From Eledone cirrhosa (Eukaryota), in the NCBI GenBank assembly GCA_964016885.1, contig OZ024743.1, forward strand, positions 106,516,001 to 106,580,000: a stretch of DNA of 64,000 nucleotides, read 5' to 3'. Shown piece after piece: positions 27,631 to 43,355 of the stretch. The notes beneath the pieces are model-generated. The model ran no database searches and was not told the origin of the DNA. It worked only from the letters and a program-made list of their open reading frames with translations. Every line of letters starts with the position of its first letter. Position 1 is the stretch's first letter. Position numbers and translations under genes: made by a program.

Positions 27631-28657
27631 ATATATATAAATACATATATATATATATACGTGTGTGTGATTGTGTGTGTTTACGTGCGTATTTGTGTGT
27701 GCGAAATACATATGGCGTAAGAAAGATTTATGTGCCAAAAATGCTGGCTAAATCCAGCAATACAGTAAAGCATTGAAGAAGACAACACGCCTAAGCAGAA
27801 GAAAGAAGAGGTTTACATATATGGACATTAATACCAAGACATAATCAAATAAAACCATGCATTACGGCATGCAAGATAAAAAGAAACTGAACCGAGTGGG
27901 GAGTTAAATGGCGAAGATAAACAAACATTACATAAAGAGTATGTGGAGCGGTAAATAGTTGAAAATGTAGAGACATTTAACTGAACTCGTTTTTACGATA
28001 CAACAGCATTCTGTTTTCCTTTATTTTCGAAATAAAAAAAATGGTGTGTGTGCTTCTCGCCTGAAACAGCCAGGCATAACTAGGCATAACGACGTCATGG
28101 ATGAAGTAATCAAAACGTGTAACTTCGTTAAGCGTAAGCAATCGTAATATTATGTTTACAGAAAGTAACACATGCTACTTTAGAGAATTAGGCGGAGTTA
28201 AAACATCTTCTCCCGGGTCGTTATAGTGTACTTGGCAAAAAAATGAACATAAACTTAGTAATTAAGTAATTTTTTATTATCGTGAATTTATAAATAAGTT
28301 ATGTAACACTTGCAGGGGCAGTTTGAATTATTACAAGTATTTTTTCGTAACGAGTTTGCTATATTTGACTATTACAATTCAAGCAGCTGCACCTGACGTG
28401 TTACATATATATTTGTAAAACTGCCTGTATCGAATGAGTCGAATTAATTATTAAAATTGTGTGTGTGTGTGTGTGTGTAATTCTTCCATACTCTCCTTCT
28501 CTCCGTTCTTCCGCAAAATATGTGATTATATTGTAACCCCATTTTTTGCTATGGACATAGAAATCAGCTGTTCACATCTACTGCAGTGCGAAGAATCCTA
28601 CAATTTTATGAAAATTCAAACACACATTGCTTCAATGCTTTTCAATTCATGTAAATG

Positions 28658-28711
<54 letters not shown>

Positions 28712-29062
28712 TGTGTGTGTGTGTAAGAGCTTCTGATGAATGTATTTTAACGGTTTGTTTCTCTTTCATCAATTTCTTCGAATACAATTGCTCTGCTTAA
28801 ATTCGCACACTAAATATTAACGCTTCTAATATTTAACCCTGTTTGCACAAGTATCGAGCACGAATGCAATTGATTATGGCAATTGATTATCTGTATCATC
28901 TCTTTCTATAACGGTTTTTCTCTCTGTTCTCACTCACGATACTGTAACATTTTATTATATATATATAGGCATTGTTTCCTAGGATCGATTTGACGAAAGT
29001 CGATCGACTGTCAATATATATATATAAATATATATATAAATATATAAATATATATATATATA

Positions 29063-29283
29063 TTTATTAAAAAAACAGATTATAGTTTAAGCAAAGAATC
29101 GCTGCTTTCATTCTTAACGGGATCTTCAGAAGATTCCGTTAAGGGTGAAAGCAGCGATTCTTTGCTTAAACTTTAATCTGTTATTTTAATAAATATTTGC
29201 TCTACGGTTCTTATATATTTGATATATATTTATATTTATCGAGCCTTCTTTCGATTTTAGTCTTCAAATTTACTAGTATTACT
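29063..29283 (+). mobile_element. Family E fold-back cassette
   Basis: Palindrome centred on TCTTC-A-GAAGA (~29128). The tail is shared with 48275-48361. Confidence 0.7.
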
Positions 29284-29335
29284 ACATATATATACATATA
29301 TATATACATATATATATATGTATATATATATGTAT

Positions 29336-29395
<60 letters not shown>

Positions 29396-29399
<4 letters not shown>

Positions 29400-29900
29400 A
29401 GTATGGTTGCTAGGAGGCGTCCATAGGCGGTATGCCGGTTGAGCACTCTATGCTCCTTCGGAGCAGAATTTGATAATATGGAAAACAAAGAATCAGTGGT
29501 GCATCGGAACACAATTTATTACGTATTACAATTGTTTCTCCAGCGAACAGCTCGGCGGATTGGCATGGGAATTCATAATAACTCTCCTACACTCAGCATT
29601 AATGTTATGGCTAGTGGGCAGATTTCAATGGTCAAGCACTACGATGACGTCACGAACTATCGATTGATCTAAGTGCGCGCAAACAGGATGATGGCCGATG
29701 ATAAAAATTCGAAGGGTCGGAGTCCAGCAGAAAGAGAATTTGCTTCGAAATCACTAGACGCATTTGAGGAACTTGCGAATCCAGAGTCAGGTTCGATCAA
29801 CAAACGCACTGCACCTCGAGCTGTTCGCCGGAGAAAAAATTGTAATACATAATAAATTGTGTTCCGATGCATCACTGATTCTTCGTTTTCCATATTATAA

Positions 29901-29902
<2 letters not shown>
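29396..29902. mobile_element. Family K cassette: inverted arms carrying the hammerhead 3' half GAAAC-AATT-GTA
   Basis: Arms ~29473-29554 / ~29817-29899. Tail has CATAGAGTGC on the minus strand. Confidence 0.6.
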
Positions 29903-29958
<56 letters not shown>

Positions 29959-30337
29959 TTATCGTCTCCACAGATGATTTTTAACTCCGCCTAATTCTCT
30001 AAATCAGCATGTGCCACTTTCTGTAAACATGATATTAAGATTGCTTACTCTTAACGCAGTTACTTGTTTTGATTGCTTCATCCGTTATGCGAAGTTATGC
30101 CTGGCTGTTTCAGGCGAGAAGGACACACACCATGTGTTGCTTTGAAAACGCATTGATTTTTCGGTGTTTCTTTACATATATATATGTATATCTATCTATA
30201 TATCTATGTATTTATCTATCTATCTATCTCTCTCTATATATATATAAATTCAGCGAGAATCGCATTTCGGCTGGTAGTAAAAGCGAACGTAACGCAAATT
30301 CCGAGTGATGCTGGCAAGCACTCCATGGGCTAAAAGG

Positions 30338-30369
<32 letters not shown>

Positions 30370-30743
30370 ACGAAGGAATTGTGGTAAGGAACCAGATGGA
30401 CGTTAACGCACCAAAGTACTCAATACTTAGGGTAGTAGAGTGGGTAATAGGAATAAGTATGCATAAATATATGTAGGTATGTATATTTCCTCTGATAGTT
30501 TGTAAAATGTTTACATAGATCTATATGATATACATACCAACACACACATATATATCTTAGAAACGATCGTAAAATGATGATTTTTTTTATATAAGCTACT
30601 GTTTCTTTGTTTTTATTCATTGGTTTTATTAATTTATATATATATATATATACATATATATATTCATATATATATATATATTCCTATATATATATATTCA
30701 TATATATATATATTCCTATATATATATATTCATATATATATAT

Positions 30744-31195
30744 AACGAAGGAAATGTGGTAAGGAACCAGGTGGACCATAACGCACCAAAGTACTCAATA
30801 CTTAGGGTAGTAGAGTGGGTAATAGGAACCAGTAAGACCCCGACGGCTGAGCTCAAGGCTTTTCGACGGCTAATTCTGGACCCTTATTGATGTTCTTGAC
30901 CAGTTGGAAGAAGTCATTCTCGAAGGGTGAGAGCAAAGGGTTCGGGGGGGAGGGGGGAGATTTGTAGGTAATAAATCCGAATCTCTCCTTGGTGCCGAAG
31001 TCCTGATTGTCGCAATATCTGTCGTAGAAGAAAGTTCTCCATCTAAGTCTTTTTGCAAATAGATCGATTTTTTGCATGAGCATCCGAAAGTAAAGTTTTT
31101 TCGGTGGGATTGGGATGTTCTTGGTAGAGAAGTCGATGTTGTGTTTTCGCATGGGGCGAAACGGCTTGAGCTCAGCCGTCGGGGTCTTACTAGTT

Positions 31196-31199
<4 letters not shown>
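30744..31199 (-). mobile_element. Naiad-type PLE N-terminal ORF fragment bracketed by family A termini in inverted orientation
   Basis: [52 protein letters not shown] is the typical Naiad-type N-terminus. A further family A tail lies at 30369-30455. Confidence 0.8.
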
Positions 31200-31229
<30 letters not shown>

Positions 31230-31243
31230 TATATATATATGTA

Positions 31244-31282
<39 letters not shown>

Positions 31283-31302
31283 TCATATATATATATATAT
31301 AT

Positions 31303-31339
<37 letters not shown>

Positions 31340-31899
31340 ATATATATAAAACAACAACAAATCAATGCGTTTTCAAACTAACACGTCTCAGCCGTTCGAG
31401 CGTCATTCCGAGATCGTATAGTTGCAGACTAATTAATTTCAAAATTAAAAATAAAATTTACCAAAATGTATTTATGCTTTTATACTAAGACCACTAGGAA
31501 TTGGTTCGTGATCGGATTCATCAGAGTATATTTTCACATATTATTAACTTATATATATCAATCACAATGATGACTACAACAGCAAATATCGCTCGCAAAC
31601 AGAATGCAACATCATGGGATATCTTCGGCTAAAATAGCGTTACTTTACTGGAGAAATATATGCTTCCCTACAAGTCTTTTTCAGATAAGATTTAACGAGA
31701 TAAAATTGACACATTATCTTTAGTTTAATTATAGTTAGTTTATAGTGTCTCCGCTGGTGTGGTTCTTTTTGTGAGAGATTTATATGTTGTAAATGCAAGA
31801 GTGCACTACGAAAAGCAATGTATGACTATATTCTTCTTCTTCTTCTTCTTCTTCTTCTTGTCAACACAGATACATGAGACATTCAGAGATGCAGTGGCA

Positions 31900-33100
31900 T
31901 AGTTTCGATACGTGTGGAAAATTCTGGTAATTATAATGATACTAGTAATTAACTGGTACAAATTGCATCTTCTTCTGCCTGTGCACATTAAATGGTTTCT
32001 AATGACATTTTGTAAACATATGCGATCCTCTAAAGGCACTTACCTCATAGTAGTGGCCGATGGACGCTACATGGACGGTCAATTAAATATTTTTACTGTA
32101 ACCTAGCGTCACCTCATGTATTGTGAACGAAATTAGGGAGCCTGTTAGATGACTTGTATCTGCAAATCAATTGGCCCGCCCAGCCATTGACTACTGTGTT
32201 AGGATAAACTGTTTGAGAAATCTCCTTCAGGTGATATAAATTTCACCAGCACAACTGCCCGTTGATTGTACATGTAAAACACTCATTTTAGAAAACAATG
32301 TGTGTGCAACGGAGTTGAGAATGAATGACATAATAACACTATGGCCACGAAGAATGTTTATAATATTACTACAAACGATTATAAGTATTTATGTATTTAT
32401 TTTATCGGTCTATGTCGAAGAATAAGTGAACTGATGCTCTGAAAGATGCAGTAATGGAATTAACTACTCTACAGCATTTAGTCTGATTCAGCAAATGCAT
32501 TGCCTTAAGTAGCAAACAATTATATTGGTAAAGTGCGAAAACATAGGTGACCTGTAAAGTACATAAGACATATATTCTATAAAATGGTGTAACGATTGCT
32601 TGGAATGTAGCAAGATAGACGATACTTTGAGATGATTTACACAGTCATTTGTCATTGATTGCAAGCTATAATACACACTCTAGAAATATGTCCTTAAATT
32701 CAAACATTGTTTGGCTTCATCAATAAAGTTTAACATGGGTAGGATTTCGAAAATAAATAAGTAAAGTAATGACCTTTGTTCATTTCTCGTCCGGTCGAAA
32801 CGTGATCTTTCAATATATTGATCACACTGTAAGAATATTCTATACACCTAAATGTTTTCTTTCTGTTTCCTTGCTATACACTCAAAATAACATCATTACT
32901 TGATATCGTCTGTGCTGCTTTCATACTAAAATCAATGGAATTTTGTAGATAAAATTTGCTGCGCCTCTTTATAAAACAAGTTCAAATTTCATTGGTGTGA
33001 CATTGCCTGTCATCACTTTAAATATATTCATATTTTGCTACATTTGGACTGCGCCATTATAAAATTTCAACAAAATCTAACACTATATTTTCTTTATAAA
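31900..33100 (-). pseudogene. Possible highly decayed MULE transposase relic
   Basis: Near 32140-32215 the minus strand reads VYPNTVVNG...GQLICRYK, resembling MULE VFP...GCxFHxGQxxWR. The rest is unreadable, so the extent is a guess. Confidence 0.25.
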
Positions 33101-34002
33101 CATGACCCATTCTAAATGAACCATATATATACATTTGATTTCACAAATATAAATAATTTTTATTATGCGACGATTACAATAGCGATTATAATCATAAATA
33201 CGATCATCAATACAAATAAGTGACTTGTATTTAGCTATCCAAAGTTGTCGGATAACAGTAAACAGGGGTTAATTATATTGAAGTGTTATTTTGAATATTT
33301 AAAATAAATTATGTATCATAGATCAAAGAAAATCAAACTTTCATAACTATATATCTAATATTTTACAAATTTACGCCTAGAGTATTTCTTCTCTAGGTTA
33401 TAGAACGGTCCGTTCTCAGAAGAAAATATAATATTTTCGGAATAAATCGAATGCTATAAAAGAGGTTGAACAGTTCTTTCGATTCACACTAAGAAATCGA
33501 AGCTAAAAATATCATCAAATCAAGAGTAGTAACGGACATCTGAAAATAAAACTAGTTTATCAATCCAAATCTCAAAATGTATATTGATTGGAATACTCTA
33601 GATATCGTGTTTCTATGAGAGCATAAAGCTGTTAACATTTATAAGATTCGTTTTCGTTCTACTAAATGCTTCACTTGTTGTTATAGTTAGACATTATTAA
33701 AATGGAAAACTTCACGTCGTAATTCGTTGATCTTAAATAAAAGAAAGTAAGTTATATTTCACGCTTCATACATGTGTGTGTATTCTGTGTGTGTGTGGTG
33801 GATGCGTGGTGCGTATTTGTACTAGCTTGACTAGTTATCTTTCAAAAAAGCAACTTCAGGTGAGGTCATACATACGGCAAAATATACGAATTCGTTTGTT
33901 AAATTATACATTTCTTGTAGGAATAAATAGATTGTAAAATGTTAAAAAGTAGAGAAAGCTTGATGTTTTACGCATCAGGTTATTCTGAGAATACATACAT
34001 AC

Positions 34003-34047
<45 letters not shown>

Positions 34048-34458
34048 AATTTTAAAATCGCATATAAATTGATTATTTTATTGAAGAAGATATATTTCAG
34101 TATTTATATCATGTGTGTAGCCGTATCATGTTTCTTTCAATCAATGGAAGAGCTATGCTAGCATTCCAATACTGGAACAAATTATTTAAGTATCGATTTT
34201 AATAGTTAGTAGAGGAGAAAGAGACATGTTCTACTTACTTACACATTGAGAGAATCAGGTAACAGTAATAATCTTTCTCATTGTCACTCAGAATAGACAC
34301 AAGGTTCATTCTTGCAACGGATAGAGGATGTAATACCCATCGTTACATGGAAAATATTGTCATAATTCAATATCTAAATTTATAAAAGCTAAGAAAAGCA
34401 ACACATCCTGTTTCATTATAACAACATAAGACGTACTTTTCACAGATGATATTAAACA

Positions 34459-34492
<34 letters not shown>

Positions 34493-34513
34493 AAGAATAT
34501 ATATATTTATAGA

Positions 34514-35355
34514 CGAGCAGCAGTATCCAGCGTTGCCTTGGTAGGTAAAATAATATCTGCTTTGATGAAAAGGTGTTGATCTTTTGCGACTGCTTCTTGA
34601 TGACTCATCTATGGCCACACACAAGCCGTGCGGGAGAGGGTGGTGATAGCCTCTATCACTGAGAAACGCGGGTGACTGACGAAGGGGCATGTTGGGGGAG
34701 GGAGTTTCGAATTTGAACGAAATCGGTTGAAAAATGTGGGAGTTAGAGCCGAAAAAGGGGAAATTTGAGCGAAAATATGGTATTTTCGAATATTTAAGCG
34801 ACTGCCACGCCCTTTCTGAACTAAGAATCCAAAATTTAAAGCCGTTTTAAGACGTGAAATAATCAGATCTAGCGTAGTGTAAAATTTGAACAAAGTAGAT
34901 TGATTAATGTGGGAGATAGAGCCGAAAAATTAGAAAATAATTTTAAAAGTTGTATTTTTGAATATTTGAGCGGCTGCCACGCCGTGCTTGAACAACAAAT
35001 GCAAAATATAAAGCCAGTAAATGATGTGCAATGAATAATTCTATTTTGCTTTAACATTCGAAGGAAATCGGTGGCAAAGTGTGGGAGCTAGTGCCAAAAA
35101 TCTTATTTTTCGATACCTAAAAAAAGGTGACCCTCTTATCGATTTTTACCTGCAGAATGACCCCGGAATAAATTCAAAAAAACGATACGCTTATATATAG
35201 AAAACATTCCCCGATGACTAATCTATGAGCCTGAAAAGTTTCATGAAAATCGGTCGTAAGATGTAGGCCCCTATAGGTAATACACAGACACACATACAAC
35301 CCCCCCCCCCCCCCATACACATACACACACATACTTAATTTTATATATATACAGA
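34514..35355 (-). mobile_element. Non-autonomous Helitron (Lep1-like architecture)
   Basis: Minus strand begins TCTGTATATATATAAAA, then a (TG)n tract and accgattttcatgaaactt. It ends with a degenerate hairpin (ccaaggcaacgctgga) and CTCG (decayed CTAG), inserted between A and T. Confidence 0.6.
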
Positions 35356-35539
35356 TAATTGTTTCTACTTTTGGCACAAGGCCATCAATTAATCCAGTGC
35401 ATTACTGGTACTTTATTTTATCGACCTCGTAAGGATGAAAGGCAAAGTCAACCTCGGCGGGATTTGAACTCAGATCGTAAAGGGACGTAACCATGCTGGA
35501 AAGCATGGTGTCTGACCCTCCACCGATACTGCCAATCCA
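35356..35539 (-). mobile_element. tRNA-derived SINE
   Basis: Same family as 1853. Confidence 0.85.
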
Positions 35540-36550
35540 TGAGTAAACATATTTCATGAAGTTGGTATATGAAATAATTTGAAATAATTATGCAGAAAGC
35601 TAAGAATGATATGTAAACATATATACGTACAGGTATATAAGTATCAATGCGTATATATATATAATATAAATATAAACAGGCTCACGCTCGCTATAGAAAT
35701 GTATTTGTAAATACTATATGCTTGTGATTATATACGCATTCGTATGGGCGTATGAATGCCGATATATCAACTTCATGGATAAAATCTCGGAGGCATACTT
35801 ATTCACACACGCACATGTTAACGTAAGCCCTCACGCATTCATACATTCACGTGTTTATATTTGCGTGTTTGTTATTTGTGCTACCCATTGTACACGCCTG
35901 ATTTAGCCCGCTGTAAGATATATATATATATATATATTGGGTGTAGGTATGAGTGTGTGTTTTTACGTATGTGGATATGTGTGCGTGTTCATGTTTTCTT
36001 TCAGAATATGTGAATCTATGTGTAACCATTTTCTTTATTCACGGAAGAGATGGAAAAATATAAATGTAAATTTTTGCTTGATATGCAAGTTAGAAAAAAA
36101 TATTATAAGAGAATTTTATAAATGTTCCATTTAACTGGGAATAGTGTTTAATATATTATTATGTGCAATACATTATTTTATTTAACATGCCTCCGTAAGC
36201 ATATCGGTTAAAATTTGCATATAAAATTTACACTTTATAGTCAGAAGTATATATACAGAAACTCAGTAAGAATAAACGCGTTAAAAATGTATCTATAGAT
36301 AAATTTATACGTACATTTATATATATATATTTATAAATGGGGGGGGGGTGCGTATGTGTGTGTGTGTGCATTGGCCGACTGGTCGCCTGCCTGGCTGATG
36401 GCAAGTGGGCCACATGGGGTCCCACGGTAGTACTTTAGAGGCCAATACAGGAACGTTGTTTTCAGAGATAATATCAGACGTCCTACAGAAAGAATATAAA
36501 ATTAAGGAAAAAAAATCAATTCAGCATTCTCGGGTCAATTTTCACACACA

Positions 36551-36624
<74 letters not shown>

Positions 36625-36628
36625 CACG

Positions 36629-36710
<82 letters not shown>

Positions 36711-36714
36711 CACG

Positions 36715-36796
<82 letters not shown>

Positions 36797-37602
36797 AGCT
36801 ATGTGCGAAGCCGAATTTTCGGCCTGTGAAACGATGAGAATATAAGTAATTATATAAGTATAAAGAAAGTGATTAAGCGTAGAAATGCTGCAAGGATACC
36901 TTCGATATAGGATGAACAAACTTAAAAGATGAGAAACAAATTTGCCAACGACCGCTATGAGCGACCGCTGTGAGGAATTGAATCCCATACTTTCCAGATA
37001 GCGATTAGAAGATATCTGGAAGATATGGGGTTCATAAAGATTCTAAAGTTTAATAGTTGCAATATAACTTCTTAAAATCTCTAAAGGTTAGTACAGTTTT
37101 GGTAGTTTAGTGGTCCACATGTTGCTTATAGAATTGTTTAATTGCTAATTTTAATTTTAATCGGACTGTTCAGAGTCTAATCTGCTCACATCAGCAGGAA
37201 TAGTTTTGTTTCTCGTTTTGCTAACTAGAAGAATGTAGAATGCTAAGTGCACCGCTCGCCTTGCAAGCTTTAGTTGTGGGGCCGTGGCTATAGTTTCTAT
37301 TGGCTATAGCAGTCATCATCATCATCATCATCATGATGTATAGACACAGACTCACACACAAACACACACACACACATACACACATAAATATATATGGATA
37401 TGTATATATACATATATATGTGTATGGGGGGGGGGCTTCATGTGTGTGTGTGTGTGCGTGTGTGTCTGTATATAAACCAATACAACCCTGTAAAAACGGA
37501 CGTAAAAACGTCGATGGTGAGGATGAGACTAATATATGTATTCACATTTCTATGTACGTATATATCCATTTGTATTTTTGCGTGTATTCATATATATATG
37601 CA

Positions 37603-37719
37603 TGCATTTAAAACCTGTACATCCTGAAAAAGTGTATATATATATATGTATATATATACAGAGACAGATATAGATAGATAGAGAGAGAGGGAGAGAGAGA
37701 AAGGAGGGAGAGAGAGAGA

Positions 37720-37785
<66 letters not shown>

Positions 37786-37938
37786 GAGAGAGAAATATAT
37801 ATATATATATATATATATAAGCGTGCATTTAAAACCTGTACATACTCAAAAAGTGTATATATATATATATATATACAGAGACAGATATATATATATATAT
37901 ATATAGGGAGAGAGAGAGAGAGCGAGAGAGAGAGAGAA

Positions 37939-37950
<12 letters not shown>
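37603..37950 (+). repeat. Tandem duplication of a compound (TA)/(GA) microsatellite unit
   Basis: tgcatttaaaacctgtacat...aaaaagtgtata...agagacagata...(GA)n-gc-(GA)n-aaata occurs twice (37603, 37824). Confidence 0.7.
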
Positions 37951-37970
<20 letters not shown>

Positions 37971-38354
37971 ATGTGTGTGTCTGTGTGTGTGTATGTATGT
38001 GCGTGCGTGCGTATGTCTGTGATAAATTTACTATTACATACATCTAACACATCAGTGACGTTCGTTCATTTTCTGAAGTAACCTATTCGATTATTTGATT
38101 TTATTAAGTGCTACTTTAGTACATTTTTCTTTTCAAAAAATGTTACAGTAGTGTCCATGTTGAATTTGAGACTTGCGAGTTCAAATGTACTTAGTCTATG
38201 TAGGTTTGAAAACAGTAGCAGGTGTCAGGCAGCGAATGCTAGCATAGCATAATGCTATATTACCTCTTTTAGTTACTAAGTGAACTTCATGAAATTCTAT
38301 AACTGCATCAATATATCTTATATGTATGTATGTATGTATGTATATATAGATATA

Positions 38355-38769
38355 TCTCCGGGAGAAATGACCCCTTAGCCTTTGTCAAGGCAGAATTCTA
38401 GGTGAAGGAAAACTCTGATATAATACTTGCAACCCTGATGGTATCCAATGAAGTTGACTTGTTCTTCTTTTTGGTAAATATCATCTTGGTTAAGAGAATG
38501 GGACTGGCTTTGTGCAGTGCTTTTGCTGACTATAAAAGCTTCACGACACAAGCATTGCTTTATATCTAGAGATCTCTCTGCACTTGTCATCACATGGTAC
38601 AATGGGCCCAGCATTATGTGTCAATAATTGTCAGAAGTGTAGTGTTTGTACCAGAGCTTTCAAGTCGCTGGCTGGACTAAAAAGTCACACTTGTTCAGCG
38701 CATCGGTAAGGGTTCTCCTACATGGATATAAATTAGTGGCCGTACTCGAAAACGAGTTGGCAGCCACCA
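38355..38769 (-). mobile_element. Probable decayed PLE GIY-YIG fragment with a 47-bp terminal piece (solo inverted copy at 39636-39682)
   Basis: Minus strand ..RTLTDALNK.. and CREAFIV...SLNQD resemble the PLE endonuclease C-terminus (REAxxI...LNxD). Confidence 0.35.
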
Positions 38770-38824
38770 TATATGTATATATATATATTAGCGTATATAT
38801 GTATATATATATGTGTGTGTATGT

Positions 38825-38891
<67 letters not shown>

Positions 38892-39069
38892 TATGGTATG
38901 TATGTAGACATATGTATGTATATGTGTATGTATATATTTGTATATATGTATGTGTGTATGTACCATTATGTATGTTTGTTGTGTTAGTGCATGCCAGTGT
39001 AAGTGGGCGCGTGTATGAATGTGCTTTTCGACACCTGCAATATATATTAAATGAAATTTCATCATAAGA

Positions 39070-39564
39070 GCGTTCACCCCAACACTTGAATCTGTTGAAG
39101 GAACTCTTTCTGCCTTTGTCACCCTTATTTCAGCCTTAAAGAATTAGCTTCTAAAGAATTCCACTTTTCTTTAATCCATTGAACCTTACCCATCCTTACA
39201 GACACCTGTCTTGCAGGCATTGTTGTGATAATCACGTATTGGATTTCCAATTTTGAAATTGTTTACAATATTTTTTCTGACTTTTTTAATATTACAACTT
39301 GAAAGAATTAGCTTTTAATGAATTCCCTTTTCTTTAAATCCTTCAACAAATGACCTCCACCCATCCCAACCCCCAGCCTCTCCTACCACCAGAAAAGGAA
39401 AGATATAAATACTACCAATTATTGGGACATGCAGATTCATGATGATTTCTCACGAATGAAACAGTTCTAGTCCTGTAGAAGCTCTTCTATAGTAAAACTG
39501 TTATACTCTGCTATGTATTGATTGCCTTACTTACTGTGGTTACCTCCGATTCAACCCAGAATAA

Positions 39565-39568
<4 letters not shown>
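39070..39568 (+). mobile_element. Family J cassette, second copy
   Basis: aattccc.ttt...tgacctccaccc...ctcctaccaccagaaaag...tgatga...gaatgaaacagttctagtcctgtagaagc, with a tail matching the reverse complement of 6721-6800. Confidence 0.65.
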
Positions 39569-39604
<36 letters not shown>

Positions 39605-39904
39605 TATATATATATATATATATTCATATATATATTGTGGCGGCCAACTCGTTTTCGAGTACGGCCACTACTTTATATCCATATATACATACACGCATAC
39701 ACATATACAAATATATACATACACATATACATGCCATACGCATATACATATATATATACACACATACCCTCCCCAAATATAACTATATATATATATTTTT
39801 TTTTATTTTTTTTTATCGATTGACTTTCGTCAAATCGCACAGAGGAAACAATGTTTCCTCGGTCTTTCCAGTTGCTAATACTATCTATCGGTCGCAACTC
39901 CAGG

Positions 39905-40020
39905 TAGAAGGAGCAACGTGAAATAAAGTGTCTTGCTCAAGGACATAACGCATCGCCCGGTCCAGGAATCGAACTCACGATCTCAAGATTGTGAATCCAA
40001 TTCTCTGACCACTCAGCCAC
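39905..40020 (-). mobile_element. Second tRNA-derived SINE family
   Basis: Minus strand: GTGGCTGAGTGG (A box), GAGTTCGATTCC (B box), then TGTCCTTGAGCAAGACACTTTA. Confidence 0.75.
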
Positions 40021-40037
40021 ATATATATATATATGTA

Positions 40038-40178
<141 letters not shown>

Positions 40179-40205
40179 GTGTGTATATATATATATATAT
40201 ATTTG

Positions 40206-40240
<35 letters not shown>

Positions 40241-40304
40241 GTATATATATATATGTATATATATATATGTATATATATATATGTGTGTATATATATATAT
40301 ATAT

Positions 40305-42186
<1,882 letters not shown>

Positions 42187-42190
<4 letters not shown>

Positions 42191-43222
42191 ACAAGAAATT
42201 GATTAACATATATATAAACATGAATAATCACAGGAGATAATTTTTACAAGTGTGTAACCACGGATAGCTAGTTGGATAACAAGTAAATAAAGTTGACTAG
42301 AACTTCAAAAATAGATACATTTTAATATGATTAATCTTCCCTGTATATATTCCATTAAAGAAATATATTTCACCAATTTCACGCAAAGTGGATATTATTG
42401 GATTATGAACAAGGAAGAATAATGTCCAGCAATCCAAGCTTACACAGCGAGTTCAAATTTTCAACTGGCCGCTACCACGTGTTGTGCTTACACATCACAG
42501 CAGCTTCATCTCAGTGGCGTGAGTAGGTATTCGACATCTTGAAACAGTAGTCGATTCCTTTCAACAGAGTTAGCTCTATAATTAAGTATTTATATATCTA
42601 TATCCAAAATTTAGATAGATTAAATGAATTTATTCCAAATCGAAACTGTGGGTGTCATTCCATAACGGCGTGCGCCATATCGCGTGGAAAATAAGCTCAA
42701 AGATTGTATCATGTAGGTCCGAGCATTTTAGTTGTCGAATACCTATTCACGCCACTGAGACGAAGCTGCTGTGATGTGTAAGAACAACACGTGGTAGCGG
42801 CCAGTTGAAAATTTGAACTCGCTGTGTAAGCATGGATTGCTGGACATTATTCTTCCTTGTTGAGAATCCAATAATATCCACTTTGCGTGACTTACCATCT
42901 GATTAATTGGTGAAATATATTTTTTTAATGGAATATATACAGGGAAGATTAATCATATTAAAATGTATCTATTTTTGAAGTTCTAGTCAACTTTATTTAC
43001 TTGTTATCCAACTAGCTATCCGTGGTTACACGCTTGTAAAAATTATCTCCTGTGATTATTCATGTTTATATATATGTTAATCAATTTCCAGTTATTATAA
43101 AATGCTTGGACCTACATGATATAATATTTGAGCTTATTTTCCAGGCGATAGGGCGCACGCCGTTATGGCATGACACCCACAATTTCCATTTGGATTAAAT
43201 TCATTTAATCTATCTTAATTTT
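42187..43222. mobile_element. Family B cassette: one complete ~545-bp unit on minus plus an inverted, permuted copy
   Basis: 42187-42535 is inverted at 42733-43096, and 42610-42728 is inverted at 43100-43222. Confidence 0.8.
42851..42948 (+). ncRNA. Type I hammerhead, U3-A8 core (family B); mutated twin at 42335-42418 (minus)
   Basis: TCTTCCTTG-TTGAGAA-TCCAATAAT...ATTAATTGGT-GAAA-TATATTT...GAATATA-TA^CAGGGAAGA. Confidence 0.7.
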
Positions 43223-43251
43223 ATATATATATATATATATACATATATATG

Positions 43252-43355
<104 letters not shown>

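Larger units (their letters stand above)
28041..30133. mobile_element. Element bounded by ~165-bp inverted repeats (28041-28208 / 29972-30133), hosting nested cassettes
   Basis: ttctcgcctgaaacagccaggcataact...agagaattaggcggagttaaaa and its reverse complement. Confidence 0.55.

Noticed and set aside
39950-40020. tRNA gene candidates (also the heads of the main SINE family)
   Set aside because: The A/B boxes continue into SINE bodies and no complete cloverleaf is evident.
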